Part shown: positions 47,801 to 57,042 of the stretch, in pieces | Layout of the letters: every line of letters starts with the position of its first letter | Numbering within the stretch: position 1 is the first letter of the stretch | NCBI GenBank assembly: GCA_934167875.1 | Contig: CAKPMC010000001.1 | Coordinates: 13,634-77,633 of the forward strand | Source of the DNA: an uncultured Bacilli bacterium | GTDB lineage: Bacteria > Bacillota_I > Bacilli_A > RF39 > UBA660 | Direction of reading: 5' to 3' | Length of the DNA: 64,000 nt | Translations under genes and position numbers: made by a program | Notes under the pieces: generated by a model | What the model saw: only the letters and a program-made list of their open reading frames with translations | Database searches by the model: none | Told to the model about the DNA's origin: nothing

Positions 47801-49484
47801 ATTCTTTTTTAGCTACTTCTTCTTCATCAGCAACAGTATTAGTAGAATCTTCTGTTGATTTACTAGAAGCTTTACGTTTTTTATATTCATCCTCTAAATA
47901 ACTAGAAATTTCACTTATTTCATTCAAATTAGTAGCAAAAAATCTTGTTTCTTTATCATCACTAAAACAGTGTGGTAAATACTTAGCATATTCCCATTTA
48001 TCTTTATTAGCATCATTAGTCATAATAACTATTTTTAGATCAATAGAACTATGTAAGCTAACTAACTGTAGTATTAAACTATTAATATATTCTTGTTCAT
48101 GACTATTATTTATAATGAGTCCTGTTACAGGATTATCTAATAATGAAACTGTAATAGGTATATTATTTAAATTCTTTGCTTGTTCACTAATATTATAAAC
48201 CTGATTAAGTAGATCATCTTCATCAAGTGTAAAATGTCTTTCAGGTGCATCAATAACTATTTTAGATAAACAAGTACCACTACCTAAACGTACTGTCAAA
48301 AAATCATAATCTGTTATTAAACGACTCCAAAACTTAATATTAGTTATTTTATTAGAAGTAGTTAACATTTGATAACATTCAATCGCACTTGGATTATTAT
48401 CTTTTAAAGTTTGTTCTTGCTTCTTTTTTATATCCATTATTTGATTTTGCTTTTCTAATATATAACTAGTATATTTAGATACTCTTAATTTTTCTCTTTT
48501 AGCAGCCTGTTTTTTCTGATACTTGGAAGCAATTCTAGGTATAATCAAACTACCAAATATCATAGTAACACACATAACTATTTGTGGAAGTGAAGACATA
48601 AGCGTTTTACTACCGGTAGAAAGTCCATAAATAACCGTATAACCTGTCATTAAAGAAGAAGCAGCCATAGTTATACTAGAACCAATTGACAAAAATAATG
48701 GCATATCTTCTTTTATTTCTGATTGTGGCACAGGTTCTATTTTTACATATTCTTCTTTTAGCTGATCATCCATTCTAAGCGTATGATAAAAATAATCATT
48801 TTCCTGATATAAGTTCAAATTATTATCAGTATCATTAGAAGTTTGGTAATTAGAATTATCGGTATCTCTTTGATATAAATTAAGTTTTTGAACAGCTACT
48901 AATTCATTAGGATTATTAACATTTAAAAAGCTACCCATCCAAATAATTTTTAAACCATTGATAAATATTATATCTCCAATATTTAAAATCTTACTTTTAA
49001 CTAAATTATTATTAACATATATCCTAGAATTATCTTGTAATGAATTTAGTTTCCAACCAGTTTCATTTTCACCAATAGCTTTTACTATTTCAGCATGATT
49101 TGGTTGAATAAAAGAATCTTTATAACAGATTTCATTATCATTACTACTACCTATTCCTATTCTAGAAAGATTATCAAATGATAAATTATAATTATTAGTA
49201 TCTTTAACAGGTAAAGTATATAAAACTATATTTTTTTCTATTCCTTCAATATTTAAAAAATAATATTGATAATCTTTTAATTCAACGCTAAAAATTTTAG
49301 TATCATTTTCAATAATACTAAAAGTATCATTACTTTTTAAAATCCATTTTCCATTCTCTGCTTCTATATTTAATTGAATTTCAAAATTATCATCAATTAC
49401 TTCATTAATAGAAACAGATTCATCTATCTTTTGAGGTAGTTTAAATACCTTTAAAGTTTCCTTACCAAGTAAATATAACTTCAT
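44853..49484 (-). CDS. essC: EssC (FtsK/SpoIIIE-family T7SSb ATPase, 1543 aa)
   Basis: N-terminal FHA-like repeats, TM segments and three P-loop ATPase domains (GMTGSGKSEF, GQTGSGKENLL) are present. TAGGAGTTGG precedes the ATG. Confidence 0.93.
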   Translation of the reverse strand: MKLYLLGKETLKVFKLPQKIDESVSINEVIDDNFEIQLNIEAENGKWILKSNDTFSIIENDTKIFSVELKDYQYYFLNIEGIEKNIVLYTLPVKDTNNYNLSFDNLSRIGIGSSNDNEICYKDSFIQPNHAEIVKAIGENETGWKLNSLQDNSRIYVNNNLVKSKILNIGDIIFINGLKIIWMGSFLNVNNPNELVAVQKLNLYQRDTDNSNYQTSNDTDNNLNLYQENDYFYHTLRMDDQLKEEYVKIEPVPQSEIKEDMPLFLSIGSSITMAASSLMTGYTVIYGLSTGSKTLMSSLPQIVMCVTMIFGSLIIPRIASKYQKKQAAKREKLRVSKYTSYILEKQNQIMDIKKKQEQTLKDNNPSAIECYQMLTTSNKITNIKFWSRLITDYDFLTVRLGSGTCLSKIVIDAPERHFTLDEDDLLNQVYNISEQAKNLNNIPITVSLLDNPVTGLIINNSHEQEYINSLILQLVSLHSSIDLKIVIMTNDANKDKWEYAKYLPHCFSDDKETRFFATNLNEISEISSYLEDEYKKRKASSKSTEDSTNTVADEEEVAKKESYKKNSPYYLVINDDYNLAKNSIIIDLLLKTATNYGFSYLCIGDKIKNLPGKCDAFIEITEKNGTIISEKEDQKEIIKFNNEYALDIDMRKISNKLANIPVVTKDGISVLPNSLAFLEMMKVSKIEQLNILSRWQNNNPVVSLATPVGVHANGEEFKLDLHEKFHGPHGLIAGMTGSGKSEFIITYILSLAVNYHPYEVQFVLIDYKGGGLAGAFENKETGVKIPHLIGTITNLDTAEMNRTLVSIDSELKRRQRVFNEVRDKLGEGTIDIYKYQKLYREGAVSEPMAHLFIISDEFAELKSQQPEFMQQLISTARIGRSLGLHLILATQKPSGVVNDQIWSNSKFKVCLKVQDRSDSMEMLKRPEAASIKETGRFYLQVGYNDYFDIGQSGWSGAKYVPSDRIIKKVDDSINFVNDVGYPVKTIKDMVKENNDTNYGEQLTNLVKYIYNLSTRENIVTKKLWLDALPSDINLFNLKKKYNYKPVPYVINPVIGEYDNPSNQEQGILNVDLTNKGNTLIYGQTGSGKENLLSTMIFSMMAEHTPDEVNMYIIDCGSETLKMFYNIPHVGEVATIENSDLVYDIFEMINEEIERRKELFKDYAGSYNEYLQNSGKKLPLIVTMINSYEIFVENFSKLSEAVQNLYRDGVKYGIVFIISAISTNGVRGRMVQNFANRLCLQIPNETEYRTVVDAPRGLFPSKIFGRGLIAMNDTAYEFQTASFAPRKDMTNVMREVSKQLNNAYTSRARKIPVLPKVVTLDLLEQNNTLDKIPIGYNVATKQPITYNFMSVYNSIVTRSMNYDRMSFVISIIELIKKAGANISICDFVNAYDKENDIKCYKKDFDQAVIQIHNEALSSKNNGNDYYYVFLGIGMLRKYLSQNGQAILNHLFQNIGDATNIHFILVDTYDSYKNLQLEVWYQSNINSLYGIWLGEDVGSQLAFNIPNLTMDDRKINFPYMGFAINDGNYTVFKHVVEKEVEQNEK

Positions 49485-49555
49485 ATTTCCAACTCCTATT
49501 ATTCTATATAAATAATACCAAAAGTTGGAAATGATTTCAATGTCTTTTCCGGATT

Positions 49556-50470
49556 TTACTTAAAAGTTTTAATAGTTTTAATCATATTATCAAAGTTATT
49601 TTTATTCTTTTTATTTTTAAAGATAAATCTAATCTTTTTTAAGTAAACTGTATTAGCTAATACTTCTATAATTGTTACTAAAATTATTAATAATAATTCT
49701 TCTTCTATCTTATTATTTAAACTAGGAATATAAATATTTCCTTCCTCTATGATATTAGCTTCGTATTTATATAAATCAAGCATTAACTTTCTATTTATTA
49801 TTTTTTCCTCTATAGGTTTAATTTTAATATTAGAGTAATATTTAGAAATATCTAAATAATTATCAGTATAATTACCATCCAAGGTAGATATACCATTTTT
49901 AATTATCTTTTGAATATTTTTAAAACTACATCCTAAGTTAGAAGTATGATAATAAATATATGCAAGTTTAATAAAGGTATAATTCATAGGTATATAATCA
50001 TTATCAAAATATAGTTTAGATTTTAAACAAAAAGGACATAAACATAAATTATTTTTATTTACGCTTTTAATCTTATCAACATAAAAAATATTTAAACAAT
50101 GATAACATATAGCTATATTATTAGTATCTAATTTTTCTCTATATGGTAAATTAGTTTTTAAATTTTTTATTTCATCTAACATTTCTATTAAAGAATAATC
50201 ACTACTAGGAAAACTATTATCAGGTATTTCTAAAAGTTTTTCTATAATAATATTTAAATGGTTATTTTTAATATTTTTAGTTGTTACTATTTTATATAAA
50301 ATAATTAATAATTCTTCTTCTAGTAAATTATTTATTTCTTTATTTTTTAATATTTGGTACTGTTTTTCATAATTTTTAGGCATGGTTATAAAATAATGAA
50401 CATCTTTGTATAAGTCATTTATCTGAATAATTTTAAAGTTTTTATATTTTTCTAACCACCAGTATTTCAT
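49556..50470 (-). CDS. Hypothetical protein (304 aa) with a Cys cluster (CYHC...CLCPFC); extremely AT-rich
   Basis: The ORF has RBS CAGAGGTAAAC. Its composition is noticeably more A/T- and Lys/Asn/Ile-rich than its neighbours. Confidence 0.45.
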   Translation of the reverse strand: MKYWWLEKYKNFKIIQINDLYKDVHYFITMPKNYEKQYQILKNKEINNLLEEELLIILYKIVTTKNIKNNHLNIIIEKLLEIPDNSFPSSDYSLIEMLDEIKNLKTNLPYREKLDTNNIAICYHCLNIFYVDKIKSVNKNNLCLCPFCLKSKLYFDNDYIPMNYTFIKLAYIYYHTSNLGCSFKNIQKIIKNGISTLDGNYTDNYLDISKYYSNIKIKPIEEKIINRKLMLDLYKYEANIIEEGNIYIPSLNNKIEEELLLIILVTIIEVLANTVYLKKIRFIFKNKKNKNNFDNMIKTIKTFK

Positions 50471-50485
50471 GTTTACCTCTGTTTA

Positions 50486-51340
50486 TTAATTTTTTGTAAA
50501 TTCTAATTCTCTATTATTTGTATTCCAAACTAAAATTAATTTGTTTTTACTGTTTTTATCTAATTTAAAAGTAAAACCATTTTTTATTAAATCAATTGTG
50601 TCATCATAGTTTGTTCCATCTTCTTTATATTTATTTTTATAAGTAATTACTTTATAGTAATAGTAATCATCATCACCATATAATGTTTCATCTTCGCCTA
50701 AATCAATGCCTTCATCTACACTATATTTACCATAGTAATAATTATCTATTAAAGTATCACTATTAGCATATAAATAGTAATTACCTTCATTATCTAAATA
50801 AAGTAAATGATCATATTCATCTAACCAATAGCCATGGAGTTTATTTTCATAATATATAGATTCAAAAACACTAAATAAATCATCTTTAAGAGTTGTTTCA
50901 TAACCATTAGAGTATACCATTTTAATATTTCCAACAAATATAAAAATAGAAATCATTAAAGATAATATAAAAGTAATAATAGTAGTAATAAGTGAAAAAA
51001 CGCCAAAATTATGGGAAGTATATTTTAGTCCTACAATAACTAAAATAAGTGAAACAATACTAAAACCTATTCCTATCCAACAGTTCCATATACCAACAGG
51101 TATAGCTAATATTCCTAGTATTAATCCAATTAAACTATTATTATTTCTAGGTGTAGAATTAAGTTCATCTATATTACTTTTAGTATTATTACTATAATTT
51201 TGTTGATAATAATATTGATCCTGATGAGTATCTATTCTAATACTTTTAAATGGATCATCATAAGTATTAATACTATTTCCACAATAAGGGCAAAAATTAG
51301 AATTATCATCTATTATACTATTACATTTTAAACATCTCAT
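50486..51340 (-). CDS. Zinc-ribbon membrane protein (N-terminal double CxxC, two TM helices, C-terminal Tyr/Asp-rich domain)
   Basis: MRCLKCNSIIDDNSNFCPYCG is followed by two hydrophobic helices. AGGAAGTG precedes the ATG at 51340. Confidence 0.5.
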   Translation of the reverse strand: MRCLKCNSIIDDNSNFCPYCGNSINTYDDPFKSIRIDTHQDQYYYQQNYSNNTKSNIDELNSTPRNNNSLIGLILGILAIPVGIWNCWIGIGFSIVSLILVIVGLKYTSHNFGVFSLITTIITFILSLMISIFIFVGNIKMVYSNGYETTLKDDLFSVFESIYYENKLHGYWLDEYDHLLYLDNEGNYYLYANSDTLIDNYYYGKYSVDEGIDLGEDETLYGDDDYYYYKVITYKNKYKEDGTNYDDTIDLIKNGFTFKLDKNSKNKLILVWNTNNRELEFTKN

Positions 51341-51462
51341 ATTATCACTTCCTAATAACATTATAACAAACAAATCATAATTTTTAACAAAATTTAAAGA
51401 TAGTTAACTTGTTTAAAAATAAATATTAAGATATAATTGATTTATTAAAATTGGAGGCAACA

Positions 51463-52425
51463 ATGAAAGTATGTATATTAGGAGCAGGAAGTTATGGTTT
51501 AGCACTAGCTCTAGCTTTTTATAAAAATAATAATGATGTAACAGTTTGGACTAAAGTAGAAAGTGAAAAAGAAGAAATAATTAATTATCGTGAAAATAGA
51601 AAAGCTCTACCTGGTGTTTCTATACCAGAAGAGATAAAAATAACTACTAATTTAAATGATAATTATAAATTAATAGTTATAGCTATACCAATTAACTATT
51701 TTAGAAGTGTATGTGAAGAAATTAAAAATAATATTAATAGTGATACTATCTTATGTATCGCATCTAAGGGTATAGAAAAAGATACTAATTTATTCCCACA
51801 CGAAGTTTTAAATTCAATTATCGAAACTAATAATATAGCTATTTTATCAGGACCAACTTTCGCTATTGATTTAGCTAAAAATAGTCCTAGTGGTCTAGTA
51901 TGTGCTAGTACTTCAATTAATATTTATAAAAGTATTAAAAATTGTTTAGAAAGTAACACTTTAAAAATAACTTATACTAATGACTTAATAGGAACTGAAA
52001 TTTGTGGTTCCATAAAAAATGTAATGGCTATCTTATCAGGATTATTAGAAGGAATAAAGATAACTGAGACAACTAAAGCCCTATTTCTAACAGAAGCACT
52101 TAATGAAACTAGTAATTTTATCGAAACCATGAATGGAAATAAAGAAACTAGCTATACACTAGCTGGACTTGGAGATTTAATATTAACATGTACTAGTAAA
52201 AAAAGTAGAAACTATACACTAGGAACACTAATAGCTACTGAAAATAAAAGTAATATTGATAACTATATACTAAATAATACTGTTGAAGGATATTATACTT
52301 TAATAGCTATTAATCAAATAATTAAAAAGAAAGAAATATCAGTACCTTTAGTTGAATTATTATATAAAATTTTATTTGAGGGACTAGATAAAAAAGAAAT
52401 CTTTAACTTATTAATTAAAAATTAA
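51463..52425 (+). CDS. gpsA: NAD(P)H-dependent glycerol-3-phosphate dehydrogenase
   Basis: A Rossmann GxGxxG motif (ILGAGSYGLALALA) and the GpsA C-terminal domain are present. GGAGG precedes the ATG at 51463. It is the only plus-strand gene in the window. Confidence 0.9.
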   Translation: MKVCILGAGSYGLALALAFYKNNNDVTVWTKVESEKEEIINYRENRKALPGVSIPEEIKITTNLNDNYKLIVIAIPINYFRSVCEEIKNNINSDTILCIASKGIEKDTNLFPHEVLNSIIETNNIAILSGPTFAIDLAKNSPSGLVCASTSINIYKSIKNCLESNTLKITYTNDLIGTEICGSIKNVMAILSGLLEGIKITETTKALFLTEALNETSNFIETMNGNKETSYTLAGLGDLILTCTSKKSRNYTLGTLIATENKSNIDNYILNNTVEGYYTLIAINQIIKKKEISVPLVELLYKILFEGLDKKEIFNLLIKN

Positions 52426-52429
52426 AAGA

Positions 52430-52459
52430 CAATGTATAAATAATTACATTGCCTTTTTT
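52430..52459. terminator. Bidirectional rho-independent terminator between convergent gpsA and the 52444 gene
   Basis: On the plus strand CAATGTA-taaataat-TACATTG is followed by CCTTTTTTG. On the minus strand the same hairpin is followed by a U-rich tract. Confidence 0.6.
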
Positions 52460-52683
52460 GTATATTCTTTATTAGTTTCTTCTTTTTTATCTCTTGGTAA
52501 TGGAAAATAAGAACGTTTAACGCAAGAAAAGTCACGTAATTCTTCTTCATCTTCATTATCTTTAGCTTCAATTATAAATAATTCAGTTGTTTTTCTCTTT
52601 CTAGATAAATGATATAAAGCATAGCCACTACCAACTAAAGCAGAAACACCTAAAGCTATATTAAAAATATTCTTTTTCTTCAT
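52444..52683 (-). CDS. Small membrane-anchored protein (79 aa)
   Basis: One hydrophobic helix and an acidic stretch. GAAAGGATAT precedes the ATG. Confidence 0.45.
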   Translation of the reverse strand: MKKKNIFNIALGVSALVGSGYALYHLSRKRKTTELFIIEAKDNEDEEELRDFSCVKRSYFPLPRDKKEETNKEYTKKAM

Positions 52684-52780
52684 AATATATCCTTTCTATA
52701 CATGCATTAAATATAATATTTCATTTATGCTAATATGTCAAGAAATGCTATATCAAAGTCATAAAAAGTAATATATTATC

Positions 52781-53065
52781 TTATTTATTTGTATTTTGGT
52801 AGTAATTAGTTTCTGCTAATGAAATTGAAAGTTTTTCTAAATCGTCTAGTTCCATATCATAATTTTCATCTAAATATTCTTGGATATCAAAAATCAAACT
52901 ATTTAAATTAGAATAATTACTTACATTAAAATTATATTTATTTAATACCTCAATATCATTATCTGACAAGTAAATATTACCATTATAATGTTTTCTTAAT
53001 GAAGCATAAGGTTTTAAATCAGCAACTAAATCTTCTATACTAACATCAGTATCATTAATTTTCAT
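52781..53065 (-). CDS. Hypothetical acidic protein (94 aa)
   Basis: AAGGAGT precedes the ATG, and the ORF overlaps the upstream stop by 11 nt. Confidence 0.4.
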   Translation of the reverse strand: MKINDTDVSIEDLVADLKPYASLRKHYNGNIYLSDNDIEVLNKYNFNVSNYSNLNSLIFDIQEYLDENYDMELDDLEKLSISLAETNYYQNTNK

Positions 53066-54317
53066 TTTTACTCCTTAATAATTCTGTAACTGCCTTCATA
53101 ACACCAAATTTACCATAAGAATAAGTAAGTCCTCCTTGTTGATAAGCTATATAAGGTTCTCTTAAAGGTCCATCACATGAAAGTTCAATTGAAGATCCTT
53201 GAGTAAAACAACCTGCAGCCATTATTACTTGATCAGTATAACCTGGCATATCCCAAGGATAAGGAATAGCATTTGAATCTATTGGCGAAGCCATTTGAAT
53301 ACCTTGACAATATTTAATTAGTCCTTCTCTATTATGAAAAATGATATTTTGAACAATATCAGCTCTCTTATCACAGTATCTTGGTTCTACTTCATATCCT
53401 AAATCTTCTAAAACTTTACTAGTTAAAACAGCTGTTTTTAAACTAGCTGCTACTACACTAGGAGCAAAAAATAATCCTTGAAGTATTTGCTTATTAATAC
53501 CCAAAGTAGGTCCAACTTCTCTACCTTCTCCAGGACATGTAAGTCGTTCTCCAGCTAATTCAATCAAATCATGTCTACCAGCTATATAAGCACCATTTGG
53601 ACTAATTCCACCACCTAAGTTCTTAATAAGTGATCCAACCATAACATCACAACCAACAATTATTGGTGTTTCTTCGGTAACAAATTCACAATAACAGTTA
53701 TCTACCATAATAATAATATCTTTATCAATACTTTTAATTAACTCTACTACTTTCTTAATTTTATTAATAGTAATACTTTTTCTAGTAGAGTAACCTTTAG
53801 ATCTTTGAATCTCTATTAATTTTACTTTATTAGTACTTATAAAATTCTTTATTTTTTCATAATCAAAATCATCATCTATTAAATCAATTTGTTCATACTT
53901 AACACCAAAAGATTTTAAACTACTATTATTATTAACAATTCCAATAACTTCATGTAAGGTATCATAAGGAACACCACTTATACTAAGCATAATATCACCA
54001 GGTCTCAAATAAGCAAATAAAGCTACTGTCAAGGCATGAGTACCTGATATAAATTGACTACGTACAAGTGCATCTTCGCTACCTAAAACAGAAGCAAAAA
54101 CTTTTTCAATAGTATCTCTTCCTATATCATTATATCCATACCCTGTAGTACTACTAAAATGAACTTCACTTATCTGATATTTATGAAAAGCACTAAGTAC
54201 TCTTAAAGTATTTTTCTCTTCTAATTTATTTATTTCATTGAAAATATTACTTAAACTAGCTTCAGTATCTTCAAACATTTTTAAAACATTACTATCAATA
54301 TCTAATTCTTGTAGCAT
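53055..54317 (-). CDS. YnbB-family PLP-dependent enzyme (aluminium-resistance / methionine gamma-lyase-like)
   Basis: At 420 aa it has the PLP-Lys region (QRSKGYSTRKS) and the GSLIKNLGGGISPNGAYIAG block typical of this family. Confidence 0.6.
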   Translation of the reverse strand: MLQELDIDSNVLKMFEDTEASLSNIFNEINKLEEKNTLRVLSAFHKYQISEVHFSSTTGYGYNDIGRDTIEKVFASVLGSEDALVRSQFISGTHALTVALFAYLRPGDIMLSISGVPYDTLHEVIGIVNNNSSLKSFGVKYEQIDLIDDDFDYEKIKNFISTNKVKLIEIQRSKGYSTRKSITINKIKKVVELIKSIDKDIIIMVDNCYCEFVTEETPIIVGCDVMVGSLIKNLGGGISPNGAYIAGRHDLIELAGERLTCPGEGREVGPTLGINKQILQGLFFAPSVVAASLKTAVLTSKVLEDLGYEVEPRYCDKRADIVQNIIFHNREGLIKYCQGIQMASPIDSNAIPYPWDMPGYTDQVIMAAGCFTQGSSIELSCDGPLREPYIAYQQGGLTYSYGKFGVMKAVTELLRSKNEN

Positions 54318-54775
54318 TTCTTATTACCTCCATTTTGTTTTTGTCTTTTTAATTTTATTTCTTTAAATATTTCACTTAAAGGATTTGAATATTCACAATC
54401 TATATCTTTTTCTATAAGAATTGGAAAACTAGTATTCTTATAAACAAATCCATGAATAGAAAATTTTCTTAATGTATTATACCTAGTTTTAATCCAATTA
54501 TATTGATTATCACTAATATAATTAGGTATAAACATTATAGCTATATTGCCTTCTATATTTATTACCATATTACCAAAATCTACTAATTGAAACGATAAAA
54601 CCTGACTAGGTATACCATCTTCCTTTGAAATACTATAATTATATTTATCAGCAAATTCTCTTAATTTTTGTCCATGATCAATTGAATCTAAAAAACTCTC
54701 TTCATATATACCATCTGGAATAACTAAATCATTTTCATTTGGTATAATTATTATCTGTTTTAAATAACGTTCCAT
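54302..54775 (-). CDS. Unknown-domain protein (one copy of a roughly 150-aa repeat domain)
   Basis: It shares IIPNEN...G.Y.E...HG...F...Y...FLPN..SDNQ..W with both halves of the upstream gene. AGGAGAAG precedes the ATG at 54775, and it overlaps the upstream gene by 41 nt. Confidence 0.5.
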   Translation of the reverse strand: MERYLKQIIIIPNENDLVIPDGIYEESFLDSIDHGQKLREFADKYNYSISKEDGIPSQVLSFQLVDFGNMVINIEGNIAIMFIPNYISDNQYNWIKTRYNTLRKFSIHGFVYKNTSFPILIEKDIDCEYSNPLSEIFKEIKLKRQKQNGGNKKCYKN

Positions 54776-55673
54776 CAACTTCTCCTGCCTTCATTAAAAT
54801 AATATCATATAAGTCTTTTATTAATTTTTCTTTAGAACTGTTATCTTCTAAATAAATGAGTTGGTTTTTATTACCATTAATAATATCAGCTTCTATCATC
54901 GAAAAATTCTTCAAATAATCTTTCTTATCAAATAGCCATCTAAACTGATTATCAGATAGTTTATTAGGTAAAAATAAATATATCTCATCATCTTCTTTAA
55001 TAATAGACATCATTCCCATATTACTAAGACTTTGCCCCCAAAAATAACCACTAACTGTAGTAAGTGATACATTTATATGGTATAACTCACAAAACTCTTT
55101 ATATATTTTACCATGACCTTCTAATATATTACTATCAAATTCTTTTAAATATAAACCATTTTCTATCTTTAAACTATTTTCATTAGGAATAATTAAAGCA
55201 TAAGAATTATTACTAGGAATGTACTTTTCCTTTATTTTTTCATATAAAAGATCAAATGGTGTGTTCTCATATTCATCAACTATTTCTCCTATACTATCCT
55301 GATAAAAAGTACCATCTTCATAAATCAATGATAAAACATGAATTCTTCTATTATAATTTTGGAAACCAGATCTATTTTCTAATAAATATCTATATTGATT
55401 TCTAGTAATTGTTGGTGGAAGATAAATAATTATATCTTCATCTTTTTGTATTACTAAGTGTCCTATCTTAGCAAGTTCAATAAACCAATGAATATCATGA
55501 AAATCACCATCAGTTAAACCTAAGGACTTACAACTTAATCCTAAATTATATTTATTAGAAAATTCATATACTCCTAAGCCATGGGCTTCACTATTAGTAA
55601 GCTCGCGTCGATAAATTCCACTATTTATTTTATTTTCATCAGGAACAATAACAGTTTGTCTTATATTATCCAT
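54735..55673 (-). CDS. Unknown-domain protein (two tandem copies of the same 150-aa domain)
   Basis: There is an internal duplication (VIVPDENKINSGIYRRE... and LIIPNENSLKIENGLYLKE...), each copy ending in a (T/S)xNQ(Y/F)(R/N)(Y/W)L block. Confidence 0.5.
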   Translation of the reverse strand: MDNIRQTVIVPDENKINSGIYRRELTNSEAHGLGVYEFSNKYNLGLSCKSLGLTDGDFHDIHWFIELAKIGHLVIQKDEDIIIYLPPTITRNQYRYLLENRSGFQNYNRRIHVLSLIYEDGTFYQDSIGEIVDEYENTPFDLLYEKIKEKYIPSNNSYALIIPNENSLKIENGLYLKEFDSNILEGHGKIYKEFCELYHINVSLTTVSGYFWGQSLSNMGMMSIIKEDDEIYLFLPNKLSDNQFRWLFDKKDYLKNFSMIEADIINGNKNQLIYLEDNSSKEKLIKDLYDIILMKAGEVDGTLFKTDNNYTK

Positions 55674-55690
55674 ATAAAAACCTCCTTTTA

Positions 55691-56434
55691 TTATTTACAA
55701 CCACCATCAACACGAATAATACTACCATTTATATAACTAGCATCACTACTAGCTAAAAATACTATTACTTTAGCTATCTCACTTGGATCAGCAAAACGAT
55801 TCAATATTATTTTTTCTTCTTCTTTTTTTATAAAATTGTAATCAAGTTCTTTATTCATATCAGTTGTAACCCAACCAGGAGCAACAGTATTTACTCTAAT
55901 ATTAGGTGCATACTGTAAAGCAAGATTTTTAGTAAGTGAAATAACTCCAGCCTTTGATGCATCATAATCTAAACTTTCAGGATAAACAGTATCAATACCA
56001 TTAGTAGAAGAAACATTAATAATATTACCTTCCCCATTAGCAAGCATATACTTTCCAACATATTTACTAACTATAAAAGTACCAATCAAGTTAACCTTCA
56101 AAATTTCCATAAAATTATCATAAGTCTTATCATCAAAAGTAGTATCAATAGCTATACCTGCATTATTAACAAGAACATCAATATGTCCAAATACTTCAAT
56201 AACTTGTTCAACCATAGCCTCTACTTCACTTTCATTTGAAACAGAAGCCTTAATTACCAAAGCACTAACATTATACTCTTTTTCTACAAATTCTTTTAAT
56301 TCATTACTATCAGCTTCACTATGACAGTAATTAATAACCACATCATAATTTCTTTTAGCAAACTCTATAATGGTACTTCTACCTATTCCTCTAGCTCCAC
56401 CTGTAACTAGTACTACTTTTCTCTTAGAATCCAT
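55691..56434 (-). CDS. Short-chain dehydrogenase/reductase (FabG-like 3-oxoacyl-ACP reductase)
   Basis: TGGARGIGRS for cofactor binding, NNAG, and the catalytic YDASK are present. AAAGGAGAAA precedes the ATG. Confidence 0.85.
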   Translation of the reverse strand: MDSKRKVVLVTGGARGIGRSTIIEFAKRNYDVVINYCHSEADSNELKEFVEKEYNVSALVIKASVSNESEVEAMVEQVIEVFGHIDVLVNNAGIAIDTTFDDKTYDNFMEILKVNLIGTFIVSKYVGKYMLANGEGNIINVSSTNGIDTVYPESLDYDASKAGVISLTKNLALQYAPNIRVNTVAPGWVTTDMNKELDYNFIKKEEEKIILNRFADPSEIAKVIVFLASSDASYINGSIIRVDGGCK

Positions 56435-56957
56435 ATAAATTTCTCCTTTTTAATGCACCTTTTAATAAAACTTCTTTAGTAGTAAAAAAAGTTGAAGATA
56501 AATAAACTTTTTGTCTAAAGTTTAAAGTATATTTAGATAAATAAATTTTATTTAAAGAAAATTTAACTTTTCTCGTCTTTTTTATATAACCACAAATAAA
56601 CAATTTACATGCAACATTTCTAACACTACATCCTTTATCAGTTAAATATTTACAGTTTTCATGTCTTGTTGTACTGTAACAGCATCCATTTGGATATATA
56701 GGAACATCTTTCTTACACACACATCTTCTTTTTTCACATATACCGTTTTTAAACTTACACAAATTATATTCCTGACATTTATTATCTAGATAATCACATA
56801 GTTCATCATAAAGTCTAGAATACTTTTCATTACGATCTGTTATTTCTAATATCTCTGTTATTTTTTTTATTCTTAATTCTTTTTCTTTTTTAGTTATAGG
56901 TTCATCTTCTATAAATTTTATCGTCTTTCTCAATATTCTTTTATCTCTTCTTTTCAT
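56424..56957 (-). CDS. Cys-rich protein (12 Cys; possibly a YkgJ-type zinc/iron-chelating domain)
   Basis: Paired cysteines (CVCKKD, GCCYS, CKLFICGY) are present. AGAGGTAA precedes the ATG. Confidence 0.45.
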   Translation of the reverse strand: MKRRDKRILRKTIKFIEDEPITKKEKELRIKKITEILEITDRNEKYSRLYDELCDYLDNKCQEYNLCKFKNGICEKRRCVCKKDVPIYPNGCCYSTTRHENCKYLTDKGCSVRNVACKLFICGYIKKTRKVKFSLNKIYLSKYTLNFRQKVYLSSTFFTTKEVLLKGALKRRNLYGF

Positions 56958-57042
56958 AAAAATTACCTCTACTTATTTAACTTATTATATCACATATAGC
57001 TATTTAAAAAAAGAAAAGTGTTTCTATAAAGAAACACTCTAA

